Virus genome (UHGV): UHGV-0095938
Length of the DNA: 18,161 nucleotides
Origin: a virus
Strand: one strand, 5' to 3'
Both the position numbers and the translations under genes were made by a program. The notes under the pieces are model-generated. The model did not search any database, was not told the DNA's origin, and saw nothing but the letters and a program-made list of their open reading frames with translations. This document shows, piece after piece, positions 8,913 through 16,807 of this stretch; the first letter of the stretch is position 1; each line of letters starts with the position of its first letter.

Positions 8913-9349
8913 GCAGCCCTGTCTCCCCATCTCGCTTTCCACTCCAGAGCCAATCGAGCTTCGTCTGACCACTTAACGCCACGCTCTGTACCGAATGCCT
9001 GTATAAGCTCTAATAGCTCCGCAAATTCGCTTACACGCATCCTGCTGGTTGACTGGCCTATTACCACAAAGCCATTCCCGGCAAGGTTAGGAACAACATC
9101 CTGCTGCTTTAATGCTGCGGTAAACACACACTTCCAGCTTTCTGCATCCAGCCAGCGACCATGCCATTCAACCTGACGAGAGACGTCACCTAAGCAGGCC
9201 CATAGCTTCCTGTTTTGGTCTAAGCTGCGGTTGCGTTCCTGAATGGTTACTACGATTGGTTTGGTTGGGTCTGGAAGAATTTGCTGTACTGCGTGAATAG
9301 CGTTTTGCTGATGTGCTGGAGATCGAATTTCAAAGGTTAGTTTTTTCAT
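8909..9349 (-). CDS. ninB: NinB (Orf-family recombination mediator)
   Basis: 146 aa, the same length as lambda NinB/Orf; first gene of the nin array after the replication genes. Confidence 0.75.
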   Translation of the reverse strand: MKKLTFEIRSPAHQQNAIHAVQQILPDPTKPIVVTIQERNRSLDQNRKLWACLGDVSRQVEWHGRWLDAESWKCVFTAALKQQDVVPNLAGNGFVVIGQSTSRMRVSEFAELLELIQAFGTERGVKWSDEARLALEWKARWGDRAA

Positions 9350-9542
9350 GACTTCCCTCTCTAACAGATTTCAGGTTATTCCACTCCGTTACCGCACTGC
9401 GATAATTCGCGGCCGCCACAGCAGCGTGGTTAGCGCAGTAGATTTGGCACCCGTTCTCCATGTCGAATATTGTCGGTGATTTTCCGCATTTACATTTTTT
9501 GGCACGCGGTGCGTCTGAACACATTCCGTTAACGGTGTCCAT
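9330..9542 (-). CDS. Small Cys-rich protein (70 aa), possible zinc ribbon
   Basis: ORF with a GAGGGGGAT RBS just downstream of a terminator. Contains CKCGK and GCQIYC motifs. Overlaps the ninB start by 20 nt. Confidence 0.45.
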   Translation of the reverse strand: MDTVNGMCSDAPRAKKCKCGKSPTIFDMENGCQIYCANHAAVAAANYRSAVTEWNNLKSVREGSHEKTNL

Positions 9543-9566
9543 CAGGATCCCCCTCGTTCTTAATCC

Positions 9567-9597
9567 AATAAAAAAGGGCTACTGTGTAAATAGCCCC
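9567..9597 (-). terminator. Intrinsic terminator after the helicase gene (tR2-position)
   Basis: On the minus strand: GGGCTA-TTTACACAG-TAGCCC followed by TTTTTTATT. Confidence 0.6.
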
Positions 9598-9623
9598 TGT
9601 TATTAGCTCAGTGATGTAGATGG

Positions 9624-11000
9624 TCATACGTCAGCCCCTTGTGCATATCGTCTGCCACGCGCAGCAGGTGCATTTGATGTTGTGCAAATCTGTCTGGCTT
9701 CATCCTGGTCACATGCAACAAAGTGTCCGTTGCAGAACCGCTGGTAAACCGTACCAAGCGAGCCAAAACGGTTTTTCGTCACGATGATTTCAGCAAATGG
9801 CGCGGCGCTACTGTTCTCGTCATATACCGCCTCCCGATAGAGCATGATGATTGAGTCTGCGTCCTGTTCAATGCTTCCTGAATCACGCAAATCTGCGTTT
9901 GTCGGGCGTTTGTTTGGTCGCTTTTCAACATCGCGCGAAAGCTGACTCAGGGAGATAACCGGTGTTTTCAGGTCTTTCGCCATCGCCTTCAGGCTTCCGG
10001 AGATGTGGGCAATTGCGAGGTCGTTGCGGTCTGCTTTCGGCTTCTCAATCAGGCCAAGATAATCCGCCATGATGAGTGAGAGGTTTGGATTTTCCTGTTT
10101 GTGCCGTTCTGCGATTGAGCGTATTTCTTCGACCGATAATCGCGAGGCATCGACTACCCATACATCCAAATCTGCAAGCTGACTCATGCCGTTAGCAACG
10201 CGCGCCCAGCCTTCGTCATCCATCGCTGCAGGATTTCGCAGCACACTAACCGACATCCTCCCGGCGTTGGCAATGCTTCGCTCTGCAATCTGCAATGCGC
10301 TCATTTCCATTGAGAAAATCAATACCCCGCGCCGGACGTCAGAACCAGGAATAACGCGGCTTGCAACGCCTTCGGCAATCTTCAGCGCCAGTTCGGTTTT
10401 CCCCATACCAGGACGAGCAGCGATTATCACCAGGTCTTCCGCGTTCATCCCTCCGGTGATGGCATCAAGTTCTTCGATTCCGGTCTTCAGGGTATCTGAC
10501 TCTTCTCCGTTCCTCAGACGCCTGTCAAGCGTGTCAGTGTAGTCAGTAATGATTTCCCCTAACCGTACAGGTTTTAACTCGTCACGGGGCTTTCTGATGG
10601 CTGAGAGACGCTTTACAAGCTCGTCCATCGCCTGACTCGATGTATCGATGGTTCCGCTCTGAATTGGTTCACGCATTTCATCCATGATTTCCAGCACCAG
10701 ACGGCGGTGATAGTTATCCGCGACCATTCCGGCATACCCCTTCAGGTTTGCGGCACTCGGGCAGTTTTTGCTGGTCATCAGGATTGACGTGAAATGCTCC
10801 TCTCCGCACGCCTCGGCAACCATCAGCGCGTCGATTAGGTTTCTGTTTCTCGCCTGCTTCCGGATAACCTCGAAGGCTTTCCGGTAGAGCGGAATTGAAA
10901 ACGCTTCCGGCTCCAGCGTTGCCAGAACGTCACTGGCAGTTGGTGTTAATCCACCAATCAGCAGGCCACCGATAACGCTCGCTTCGATATCCTGTCTCAT
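9624..11000 (-). CDS. Replicative DNA helicase (DnaB family, P22 gp12-like)
   Basis: 458 aa, the same length as P22 gp12. Walker A-like [10 protein letters not shown] and Walker B-like IMADYLGL. Coupled to the upstream O-like gene. Confidence 0.9.
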   Translation of the reverse strand: MRQDIEASVIGGLLIGGLTPTASDVLATLEPEAFSIPLYRKAFEVIRKQARNRNLIDALMVAEACGEEHFTSILMTSKNCPSAANLKGYAGMVADNYHRRLVLEIMDEMREPIQSGTIDTSSQAMDELVKRLSAIRKPRDELKPVRLGEIITDYTDTLDRRLRNGEESDTLKTGIEELDAITGGMNAEDLVIIAARPGMGKTELALKIAEGVASRVIPGSDVRRGVLIFSMEMSALQIAERSIANAGRMSVSVLRNPAAMDDEGWARVANGMSQLADLDVWVVDASRLSVEEIRSIAERHKQENPNLSLIMADYLGLIEKPKADRNDLAIAHISGSLKAMAKDLKTPVISLSQLSRDVEKRPNKRPTNADLRDSGSIEQDADSIIMLYREAVYDENSSAAPFAEIIVTKNRFGSLGTVYQRFCNGHFVACDQDEARQICTTSNAPAARGRRYAQGADV

Positions 11001-11818
11001 GCAATCCCCCTGTCTGCAAACTTCCCTTCCCGAACTCCCGTTAACGAGTCTTCCCTCAGCAGGTAATCAAAATCTGCCGTCCAGCCCGTGTCGTTGTCTC
11101 CGAAGTAAAACGGCTTGGCCTGATGCACAAACGCCCTGACATACGCTCTGAAACCGTCCACGTTTGGCGTTTTCAGTTGCGGAATGATTTTCTTCAGGCG
11201 ACGTTTGCGTTTCTCGTTGACCGCAACAGCGTGTGGCAGTCTGTCACCGACTTCGGTGTTGTAGGCGTTCAGGAAGGATTCATAGTCGATTCGTTCTGCC
11301 TTGCGACGTTCAGGTTTAACCTGCCCATCGCCGCCCCCGTTAGGGGGTAAGGGGGTATTTGTATTTATTGTCTTTTGTATATTGTCTTTTGTGTTTAGCT
11401 GACTTGGCTTATACCCATTAGCCGACTTGGCTAATGTTTTATTAGCTGTTTTAGCTAATGTTAAGCTGTCCTGGCTAATCCACTGAGAAACCACCTTGTT
11501 CACTCCGATTTTCACGCCATCAGCAATGAGGAATTTACGCTCGATAAGCTGGCGCTTGGCAGCGCAAACATGAGTGTGATGAATACCTGTCATGGCTGCT
11601 ATCTGCGTGTTTGTGAGTCGATCCATCGGCTTATTGAATCCGTATGTCTTGCGCATGATAGCGAGCATCACCTTCATCTGCCGGACGGTTAAATCAGCCA
11701 TCAGCAGACTGTCGGTAATCTCGTTAGCAACGCGCATGAAACCATCTTCGGTATCTGCCACGCGATGCTCCACGACCTCCAGTTGAGGCCTGTAATCAGC
11801 TAACTTAACGACGCCCAT
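10997..11818 (-). CDS. Replication initiator (lambda O / P22 gp18-like)
   Basis: 273-aa ORF directly upstream of the helicase. The iteron repeats lie inside it, where they encode a repetitive linker ([14 protein letters not shown]), as in lambda O. Confidence 0.85.
   Translation of the reverse strand: MGVVKLADYRPQLEVVEHRVADTEDGFMRVANEITDSLLMADLTVRQMKVMLAIMRKTYGFNKPMDRLTNTQIAAMTGIHHTHVCAAKRQLIERKFLIADGVKIGVNKVVSQWISQDSLTLAKTANKTLAKSANGYKPSQLNTKDNIQKTINTNTPLPPNGGGDGQVKPERRKAERIDYESFLNAYNTEVGDRLPHAVAVNEKRKRRLKKIIPQLKTPNVDGFRAYVRAFVHQAKPFYFGDNDTGWTADFDYLLREDSLTGVREGKFADRGIA
11395..11479. repeat. Replication origin iterons (4 direct repeats) with an adjacent AT-rich tract
   Basis: Four ~18-bp repeats with consensus TTAGCTGACTTGGCTAAT starting at 11395, 11418, 11442 and 11461. 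The AT-rich tract GTATTTGTATTTATTGTCTTTTGTATATTGTCTTTTGTG (about 11355-11394) is on the downstream side relative to O transcription. Confidence 0.6.
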
Positions 11819-11966
11819 GTTTCACTCCTGCTTTGGCTAGTCTGTAAACACCAACAAGGCGTTCTGCGAACGCCCTGTTATTTGCTGCGGCTACCACTAA
11901 TCCCTCAGGTGAATCAGGGTGTCGAATCTCTTCTTTTTCCTGGTATTTCTTACGACGTTTTGTCAT
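11805..11966 (-). CDS. Small basic ORF (53 aa) between the CII-like and O-like genes
   Basis: ATG at 11966 with an AGGAG RBS 5 nt upstream. Product [53 protein letters not shown]; stop overlaps the O-like gene start. Below the ORF track length cut-off. Confidence 0.3.
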   Translation of the reverse strand: MTKRRKKYQEKEEIRHPDSPEGLVVAAANNRAFAERLVGVYRLAKAGVKHGRR

Positions 11967-11998
11967 AATTACTCCTGTGGATTGATCCAGTAATTCCC

Positions 11999-12295
11999 TC
12001 AGAATTGCATATCAATTTGCTTAAAATCCTCGGTGGCGGCCGGGGATTTTTTCTTTGTGATTTCATCAAGCGCATACTTAAAAGCCCTGCTAATCGGACT
12101 GATGTCTGATGCCATTCCAAAAGCACACAAGACCGAAGCAATAAATCTCCAGTCCGTTCTGCTTATCTTCGATTCATGACAGCCAATCATCTTTGCCAGA
12201 CCGCGCTGGGTAAGCGTTGACAGGTTGATGAGTAAATCAGTTTCAGCGCGATCAATTTCTCGCTGTGTTGGCTTGCTGTAACTTGCTTGTGTCAT
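11999..12295 (-). CDS. cII: CII-like transcriptional activator
   Basis: 98 aa, positioned after cro. C-terminal KKKSPAATEDFKQIDMQF resembles the lambda CII C-terminus KKRPAATERSEQIQMEF as recalled. Confidence 0.75.
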   Translation of the reverse strand: MTQASYSKPTQREIDRAETDLLINLSTLTQRGLAKMIGCHESKISRTDWRFIASVLCAFGMASDISPISRAFKYALDEITKKKSPAATEDFKQIDMQF

Positions 12296-12416
12296 TTCTT
12301 ACTATCTCCATAGGTAAATAATTTGTGTTTTTATCGTGCACCATTGACAGTCATCCTTGACCACGCCGGGCACCCGACCGTATACCGGGCCGTTCGGTAC
12401 TGAAAGTACATTTTTA

Positions 12417-12647
12417 TTACATGACAAACTGCTGTTTACCGATACGGCGAATCTGTGCTGCTGAGTACTTGCCGCCTGATGCCTTGGCGATCTTATCCGC
12501 ATATTCGGTTTCACCAGTGAACTCGGTGCGCGGCAGAGAACCACGCTCAAGCCACTTATAGATGGCTTTTGGCGTAAGTCCACAAACATCAGCCACAACA
12601 GAAACTCGAACGGATTTGATAACTTCTGCAAACGTAACTTCGTTCAT
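12417..12647 (-). CDS. cro: Cro-like repressor (first gene of the PR operon)
   Basis: 76-aa ORF with an AGGAG RBS, transcribed divergently from the CI-like gene. The PR-like promoter and an operator lie immediately upstream. Confidence 0.7.
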   Translation of the reverse strand: MNEVTFAEVIKSVRVSVVADVCGLTPKAIYKWLERGSLPRTEFTGETEYADKIAKASGGKYSAAQIRRIGKQQFVM

Positions 12648-12662
12648 GCTTCTCTCCTGTGG

Positions 12663-12734
12663 TGAACTTATGGTTCATATTATGACGGAACTGATAGTAC
12701 AGTCAATACCTAATATAGTTGAACTTATGGTTCA
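12663..12734. promoter_or_regulatory. Immunity switch: two identical 15-bp operators flanking divergent PR-like and PRM-like promoters
   Basis: TGAACTTATGGTTCA occurs at 12663-12677 and again at 12720-12734. A minus-strand promoter has -35 TTGACT (12706..12701), a 17-nt spacer and -10 ATAATA (12683..12678). A plus-strand TAATAT (12711-12716) sits just upstream of the cI ATG. Confidence 0.6.
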
Positions 12735-13434
12735 ACAGAAAGAGCGTGAAACTTTCTCGCAGAGGCTTGCGCTGGCCTGTGATAAAGCGGGATTACCTTT
12801 GCATGGTAGGCAGGCTGATTTAGCTGTCAGGCTTAAGGTCACACCAAAAGCCATTAGTAAATGGTTCAACGGGGAGTCAATACCAAGAAAAGACAAGATG
12901 GAATCTTTGGCTTCGGTGCTGGGAACCACTGCGGCATATCTGCATGGCTATGCTGATGATGACGGTATCACGGTAAATCATCTATCAAGATCAAATGATT
13001 CTTATCGTGTTGATGTATTGGATGTTCAGGCGAGCGCCGGGCCAGGAACCATGGTTTCCAATGAATTTATAGAAAAGATAAGAGCAATTGAATATACGAC
13101 CGAGCAGGCAAGAATTTTATTTAATGGAAGGCCACAGGAAAGCGTAAAAGTCATCACGGTTCGCGGTGACAGCATGGAGGGAACCATCAATCCGGGAGAT
13201 GAGATCTTTGTTGATGTATCCATAACCTGTTTTGATGGCGATGGCATTTATGTGTTTGTATACGGGAAAACAATGCACGTTAAGCGCCTGCAAATGCAAA
13301 AGAACAGGCTTGCCGTCATCTCTGACAATGCCGCTTATGATCGATGGTACATAGAAGAAGGTGAAGAAGAGCAACTTCACATTCTAGCCAAAGTCCTCAT
13401 TAGGCAGTCAATCGATTACAAGCGATTCGGATAA
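12727..13434 (+). CDS. cI: CI-like prophage repressor (HTH plus S24 LexA-type peptidase domain)
   Basis: 235 aa from the ATG at 12727. N-terminal HTH-like region (QADLAVRLKVTPKAISKWFNG) and C-terminal GDSM...KR autocleavage motifs. The ORF-track start at 12562 is an unlikely upstream extension that overlaps cro. Confidence 0.85.
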   Translation: MVQQKERETFSQRLALACDKAGLPLHGRQADLAVRLKVTPKAISKWFNGESIPRKDKMESLASVLGTTAAYLHGYADDDGITVNHLSRSNDSYRVDVLDVQASAGPGTMVSNEFIEKIRAIEYTTEQARILFNGRPQESVKVITVRGDSMEGTINPGDEIFVDVSITCFDGDGIYVFVYGKTMHVKRLQMQKNRLAVISDNAAYDRWYIEEGEEEQLHILAKVLIRQSIDYKRFG

Positions 13435-13449
13435 AAATAAATTTCCTTA

Positions 13450-13540
13450 AAGTTCACTAACTTATGATGTAGTGAGCTTTTTATACCCATAAAATGTACT
13501 ATTGGTACTTTACATTAATGAACTTTAAGTACATCATAAG
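13450..13540. promoter_or_regulatory. Putative OL/PL region
   Basis: Degenerate operator-like sites CTAACTTATGATGTA (about 13457-13471) and TGAACTTTAAGTACA (13519-13533). An 11-bp inverted repeat CTTATGATGTA / TACATCATAAG lies at 13461-13471 and 13530-13540. Confidence 0.35.
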
Positions 13541-13695
13541 CCCATAGACGAACGGCGCGTCTTTAAACCATGCGTCGGGAGCGCGGCGGGTTCAGGATGA
13601 ACGGCAATGCTGCTCATTAGCGAGAAGGCTTTTTTGCTTTTAGTCACAAAAAGCAAAGCAGCTTTTTGATATAGAAAAAGAAAAAGGAGGCTGAT

Positions 13696-14139
13696 TTGAA
13701 GAGTGCTACAGTTTACACGGCAATGAGAGTTAAGCAATATGGCGGCGTACCTTCGGTAGAGGTAAGGTGTGATGATAAAAGAACCAAAGTTGTTACTGAT
13801 TGCCTTCTGCTTTTTAAAAGCATAGATGAGGTAATTTTTATTGGCGCTGAAAATCTTCACCCTTTGATAAAAGCAGAGATGAAGCAATGTGCAATCGATG
13901 CATTGGGAGTTGGGCAAGGCAAGTCTCAGATCGAAGCAAAGCAAATGCTTACAGAGCTTGAAAGCAGCAGACGTAGACAAGCAAGCAGGGCAAGACAATT
14001 TCACGATGCGATCGCAGGATGGAGCAGAGAGCTTATGTCTTTAAATGTAGACATACAGAGAGGAATTGATATTCCAACAATAAGGTCAAGAATAGGTACG
14101 ATCGCAGAGAACATGGAAAAGCTAAATCCAAAGAAATAA
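13696..14139 (+). CDS. Hypothetical protein (147 aa), TTG start, first gene downstream of the putative PL
   Basis: AGGAGG RBS 5 nt upstream of a TTG start; tandem stops TAATAA; intrinsic terminator directly downstream. AT-rich. Contains an internal Arg-rich stretch SSRRRQASRARQF. Confidence 0.55.
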   Translation: MKSATVYTAMRVKQYGGVPSVEVRCDDKRTKVVTDCLLLFKSIDEVIFIGAENLHPLIKAEMKQCAIDALGVGQGKSQIEAKQMLTELESSRRRQASRARQFHDAIAGWSRELMSLNVDIQRGIDIPTIRSRIGTIAENMEKLNPKK

Positions 14140-14141
14140 TA

Positions 14142-14165
14142 ACCCGCTAAGGCGGGTTTTTTATT
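14142..14165 (+). terminator. Intrinsic terminator
   Basis: ACCCGC-TAAG-GCGGGT followed by TTTTTTATT. Confidence 0.7.
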
Positions 14166-14274
14166 ACATAAATAACCGTATTTACTACCGCAAGCCACGC
14201 AGTGAAATGGGTGTGACTTGTGTTGGTCGCCAGAAAATGAAATTAGGCAGCAAACCACTTATTTGAGGTGAGAT

Positions 14275-14463
14275 ATGGAACGTAAATTTGAAATTTGGTT
14301 GGATTCCGGCGCAAACATTCATTCTTGCAAAAAGACAGTTGTAACACTCGATGATCTTGGCTTATCCGAGAATGAGTGGAATGAAATGGATCAGGACGAA
14401 AAAGACGAAAACATGCGTGATGTAGCATTTGAAACGCTTGATTGGGGATGGAAGGAAATTTAA
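14275..14463 (+). CDS. Small acidic hypothetical protein (62 aa)
   Basis: GAGGTG RBS 4 nt upstream of the ATG. About 17 Asp/Glu in 62 residues. Followed by an intrinsic terminator. Confidence 0.55.
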   Translation: MERKFEIWLDSGANIHSCKKTVVTLDDLGLSENEWNEMDQDEKDENMRDVAFETLDWGWKEI

Positions 14464-14468
14464 GTGAT

Positions 14469-14493
14469 GGCCGCATAGTCGGCCTTTATTTTT
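14469..14493 (+). terminator. Intrinsic terminator
   Basis: GGCCG-CATAGT-CGGCC followed by TTTATTTTT. Confidence 0.65.
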
Positions 14494-14515
14494 GGCATAA
14501 ACAACAGAGGCTAAC

Positions 14516-14806
14516 ATGGAATTTAAAGGTACTGAAGGTAAGTGGGAAATAATGATGGATGGCGATGAGATTAAAATCATCCAGGCAGACTCACTTGAAA
14601 ATGGCGCAGGCTGGCGTTCGTATATTGCAATCTGTGAGGAAGTTCAATGCATTGAAGATGCCAATCTAATAGCGGCAGCACCAGACCTTTTAAATGCCAT
14701 GCAAGCGATGCTAAACAAGGCATACAAGCAAAAATGGAATGACCATTATCCTGATGAAGTATCGAAAGCACTGTCAGCAATCAGCAAGGCTCTGGGAGGT
14801 GAATGA
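14516..14806 (+). CDS. Hypothetical protein (96 aa)
   Basis: ORF with an AGAGG RBS; its stop overlaps the next gene's start (ATGA). Confidence 0.55.
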   Translation: MEFKGTEGKWEIMMDGDEIKIIQADSLENGAGWRSYIAICEEVQCIEDANLIAAAPDLLNAMQAMLNKAYKQKWNDHYPDEVSKALSAISKALGGE

Positions 14807-15006
14807 TGTGCGAGTTTTATGAAGCAGATATCAAACGCCCAGAAATGGCAAGTGATGCGACATTACGTGATTACTTCGCGGCAAAGGCTATGCAAGCAAT
14901 GATTAGCAATCCATCGATTATCGATAATGATTCTGATGGAGCTGTTAATTATGCAGCAAGCGCTGCATATAAGTTTGCAGACGCAATGCTCAAAGCTCGC
15001 GAATAA
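14803..15006 (+). CDS. Hypothetical protein (67 aa)
   Basis: Translationally coupled to the upstream 96-aa gene. Followed by a perfect 9-bp stem hairpin and then an intrinsic terminator. Confidence 0.5.
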   Translation: MMCEFYEADIKRPEMASDATLRDYFAAKAMQAMISNPSIIDNDSDGAVNYAASAAYKFADAMLKARE

Positions 15007-15101
15007 GCACTGTGTATTCATTCCAACGAGTGAATACACGGAGCAATGTCGCTCGTAACTAAACAGGAGCCGACTTGTTCTGATTATTGGAAATCTTCTT
15101 T

Positions 15102-15125
15102 GCCCTCCAGTGTGAGGGCTTTTTT
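15102..15125 (+). terminator. Intrinsic terminator
   Basis: GCCCTC-CAGTGT-GAGGGC followed by TTTTTTAT. Confidence 0.7.
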
Positions 15126-15191
15126 ATATGCATACCAATAACGCTTCACTCGAGGCGTTTTCGTTATGCAATCAAACAGAAGGAGCATCCT

Positions 15192-15362
15192 ATGCAACAG
15201 TTCGCTATTGCAGGGGCGGCATCGGTTCGCCCTTTCAACCCGATTTTATCGGTACAGCATTCACGAAAAAATATTTTAACCGGAGCAGACTTTAAACAAC
15301 CAAGAATGAAAAGCTTGCTCGAAAAGCTTTGGGATATTTTGAAACAACAAGGCCGTCCATGA
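15192..15362 (+). CDS. cIII: CIII-like protein (56 aa)
   Basis: ATG at 15192 with an AGGAG RBS 6 nt upstream. N-terminal MQQFAIAG and C-terminal LWDILKQQGRP resemble lambda CIII (MQYAIAGW ... LIDILNQPGVP) as recalled. Confidence 0.55.
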   Translation: MQQFAIAGAASVRPFNPILSVQHSRKNILTGADFKQPRMKSLLEKLWDILKQQGRP

Positions 15363-15517
15363 GTTTTACAGATAACTGGTCAGACGAAGAATTCATTCGT
15401 CAGATGAAAGAATTAATCGGTAACGAAGGAGATATTCATGTCACTTGCAACCACAGTGAAGGAGAGCAAGTTACAGAGACGCATGTACACGCAGAAAGCT
15501 CTCTGGTATCGCCATAA
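15359..15517 (+). CDS. Small hypothetical protein (52 aa, kil-position)
   Basis: ATG overlaps the stop of the CIII-like gene (ATGA). Acidic product. Weak RBS. Confidence 0.4.
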   Translation: MSFTDNWSDEEFIRQMKELIGNEGDIHVTCNHSEGEQVTETHVHAESSLVSP

Positions 15518-15616
15518 TGGTGACCGCGAAGGAATGCGGGTATGCCTTAATTTGTCACGAGTCGAAGTATTAAATCAGCGTTATTTCCTTGGGCCGTGTC
15601 CATTCTGAGGTGAATT

Positions 15617-16324
15617 ATGGATTTGAACAAATTCGATGAGCCATTCAGCCCTGAAGATATCGAATGGCGAATACAGCAAAGCGGTAAAACACGCGATGGC
15701 AAGGTATGGGCTATGGTGCTGGCTTATGTAACGAACAGGGCAATCATGAAACGCCTGGACGATGTTTGTGGCAAAGCAGGATGGCGCAATGAATACCGCG
15801 ATATTCCCAACAACGGCGGAGTTGAATGCGGCATATCAATAAAGATTGATTCCGAATGGGTAACCAAATGGGATGCTGCTGAAAACACGCAGGTAGAAGC
15901 CGTCAAAGGTGGTCGTTCCGGTGCAATGAAGCGCGCTGCCGTTCAGTGGGGAATCGGTCGGTATCTGTATAACATTGAGGAAGGTTTCGCACAAACATCT
16001 CTCGATAAAAAGCAGGGATGGCACAGGGCAAAACTCAAGGATGGAACAGGATTTTACTGGCTCCCTCCATCGCTGCCGGGATGGGCAATCCCAGCATCAG
16101 ATAACAAACCATCACCAGAAAATACCAACCAGAAATCTCCATCGGTTGACTGCGAGCAAATCCTGAAAGACTTCAGCGATTATGCGTCGACAGAAACTGA
16201 CAAGAAAAAACTCATCGAACGTTATCAGCATGACTGGCAATTAATGGCTGGCAATGAGGATGCGCAGGCTAAATGCGTTCAGGTAATGAACATCAGAGTT
16301 AACGAACTAAAACAGGCGGCATAA
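15617..16324 (+). CDS. Rad52-like single-strand annealing protein (recombinase)
   Basis: 235-aa ORF immediately upstream of ssb. The GVECGISI and AAVQWGIGRYLY motifs are consistent with the Rad52/Sak fold, judged from memory. Confidence 0.6.
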   Translation: MDLNKFDEPFSPEDIEWRIQQSGKTRDGKVWAMVLAYVTNRAIMKRLDDVCGKAGWRNEYRDIPNNGGVECGISIKIDSEWVTKWDAAENTQVEAVKGGRSGAMKRAAVQWGIGRYLYNIEEGFAQTSLDKKQGWHRAKLKDGTGFYWLPPSLPGWAIPASDNKPSPENTNQKSPSVDCEQILKDFSDYASTETDKKKLIERYQHDWQLMAGNEDAQAKCVQVMNIRVNELKQAA

Positions 16325-16798
16325 ATGGCAAGCAGAGGCGTAAATAAGGTGATCATTATTGGTCGCCTTGGGCATGATCCAGAAATCAGATATTCACCAT
16401 CAGGAACGGCATTTGCAAACCTTACAGTTGCTACGTCAGAACAATGGCGTGATAAGCAAACTGGAGAGCAAAAGGAGCAGACGGAGTGGCACCGCGTGGT
16501 AATGAGCGGAAAACTGGCAGAAATTGCCAGCGAATATCTGCGAAAAGGCTCTGAGGTTTATCTTGAAGGAAAATTGCGGACAAGAAAATGGCAGGATCAA
16601 AGCGGACAGGATCGGTTCACTACCGAAGTCATCGTGGGCGTTGGTGGAACCATGCAAATGCTTGGTGGCAAGCAAGGAGGCAATGAACAGTCTTCACCTC
16701 AGCGAAATAACGGTCAGCAACAAAGACAGCAACCTCATCAGCAGGGAAATCACAGAGAACCACCTATGAACTTCGACGATTCGGATATTCCGTTCTAG
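16325..16798 (+). CDS. ssb: Single-stranded DNA-binding protein
   Basis: OB-fold N-terminus ([20 protein letters not shown]), a Gly/Gln-rich linker and the acidic C-terminal tail DDSDIPF. Its ATG directly follows the upstream stop. Confidence 0.9.
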   Translation: MASRGVNKVIIIGRLGHDPEIRYSPSGTAFANLTVATSEQWRDKQTGEQKEQTEWHRVVMSGKLAEIASEYLRKGSEVYLEGKLRTRKWQDQSGQDRFTTEVIVGVGGTMQMLGGKQGGNEQSSPQRNNGQQQRQQPHQQGNHREPPMNFDDSDIPF

Positions 16799-16807
16799 GA
16801 GCTGAAT

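Noticed and set aside
8913-8972. 20-codon N-terminal extension of the NinC-like ORF
   Set aside because: It would overlap ninB by 63 nt. The internal ATG at 8912 gives the classic ATGA coupling and a 290-aa product.
10186-10542. 118-aa plus-strand ORF inside the helicase gene
   Set aside because: Antisense shadow ORF within a confidently called DnaB-family gene.
12302-12631. 109-aa minus-strand ORF overlapping cro in another frame
   Set aside because: The 76-aa Cro-like frame has the RBS and the promoter/operator context; this frame reaches into the cro-cII spacer without support.
12562-12726. 55-codon upstream extension of the CI-like ORF
   Set aside because: It would overlap cro and both operators. 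The ATG at 12727 sits just downstream of a -10 element and gives a normal repressor N-terminus.
13534-14004. 156-aa minus-strand ORF (Cys/Leu-rich, low complexity) and further antisense ORFs up to 14780
   Set aside because: Antisense to plus-strand genes that have strong RBSs and terminators; composition is typical of reverse-strand translation of AT-rich DNA.
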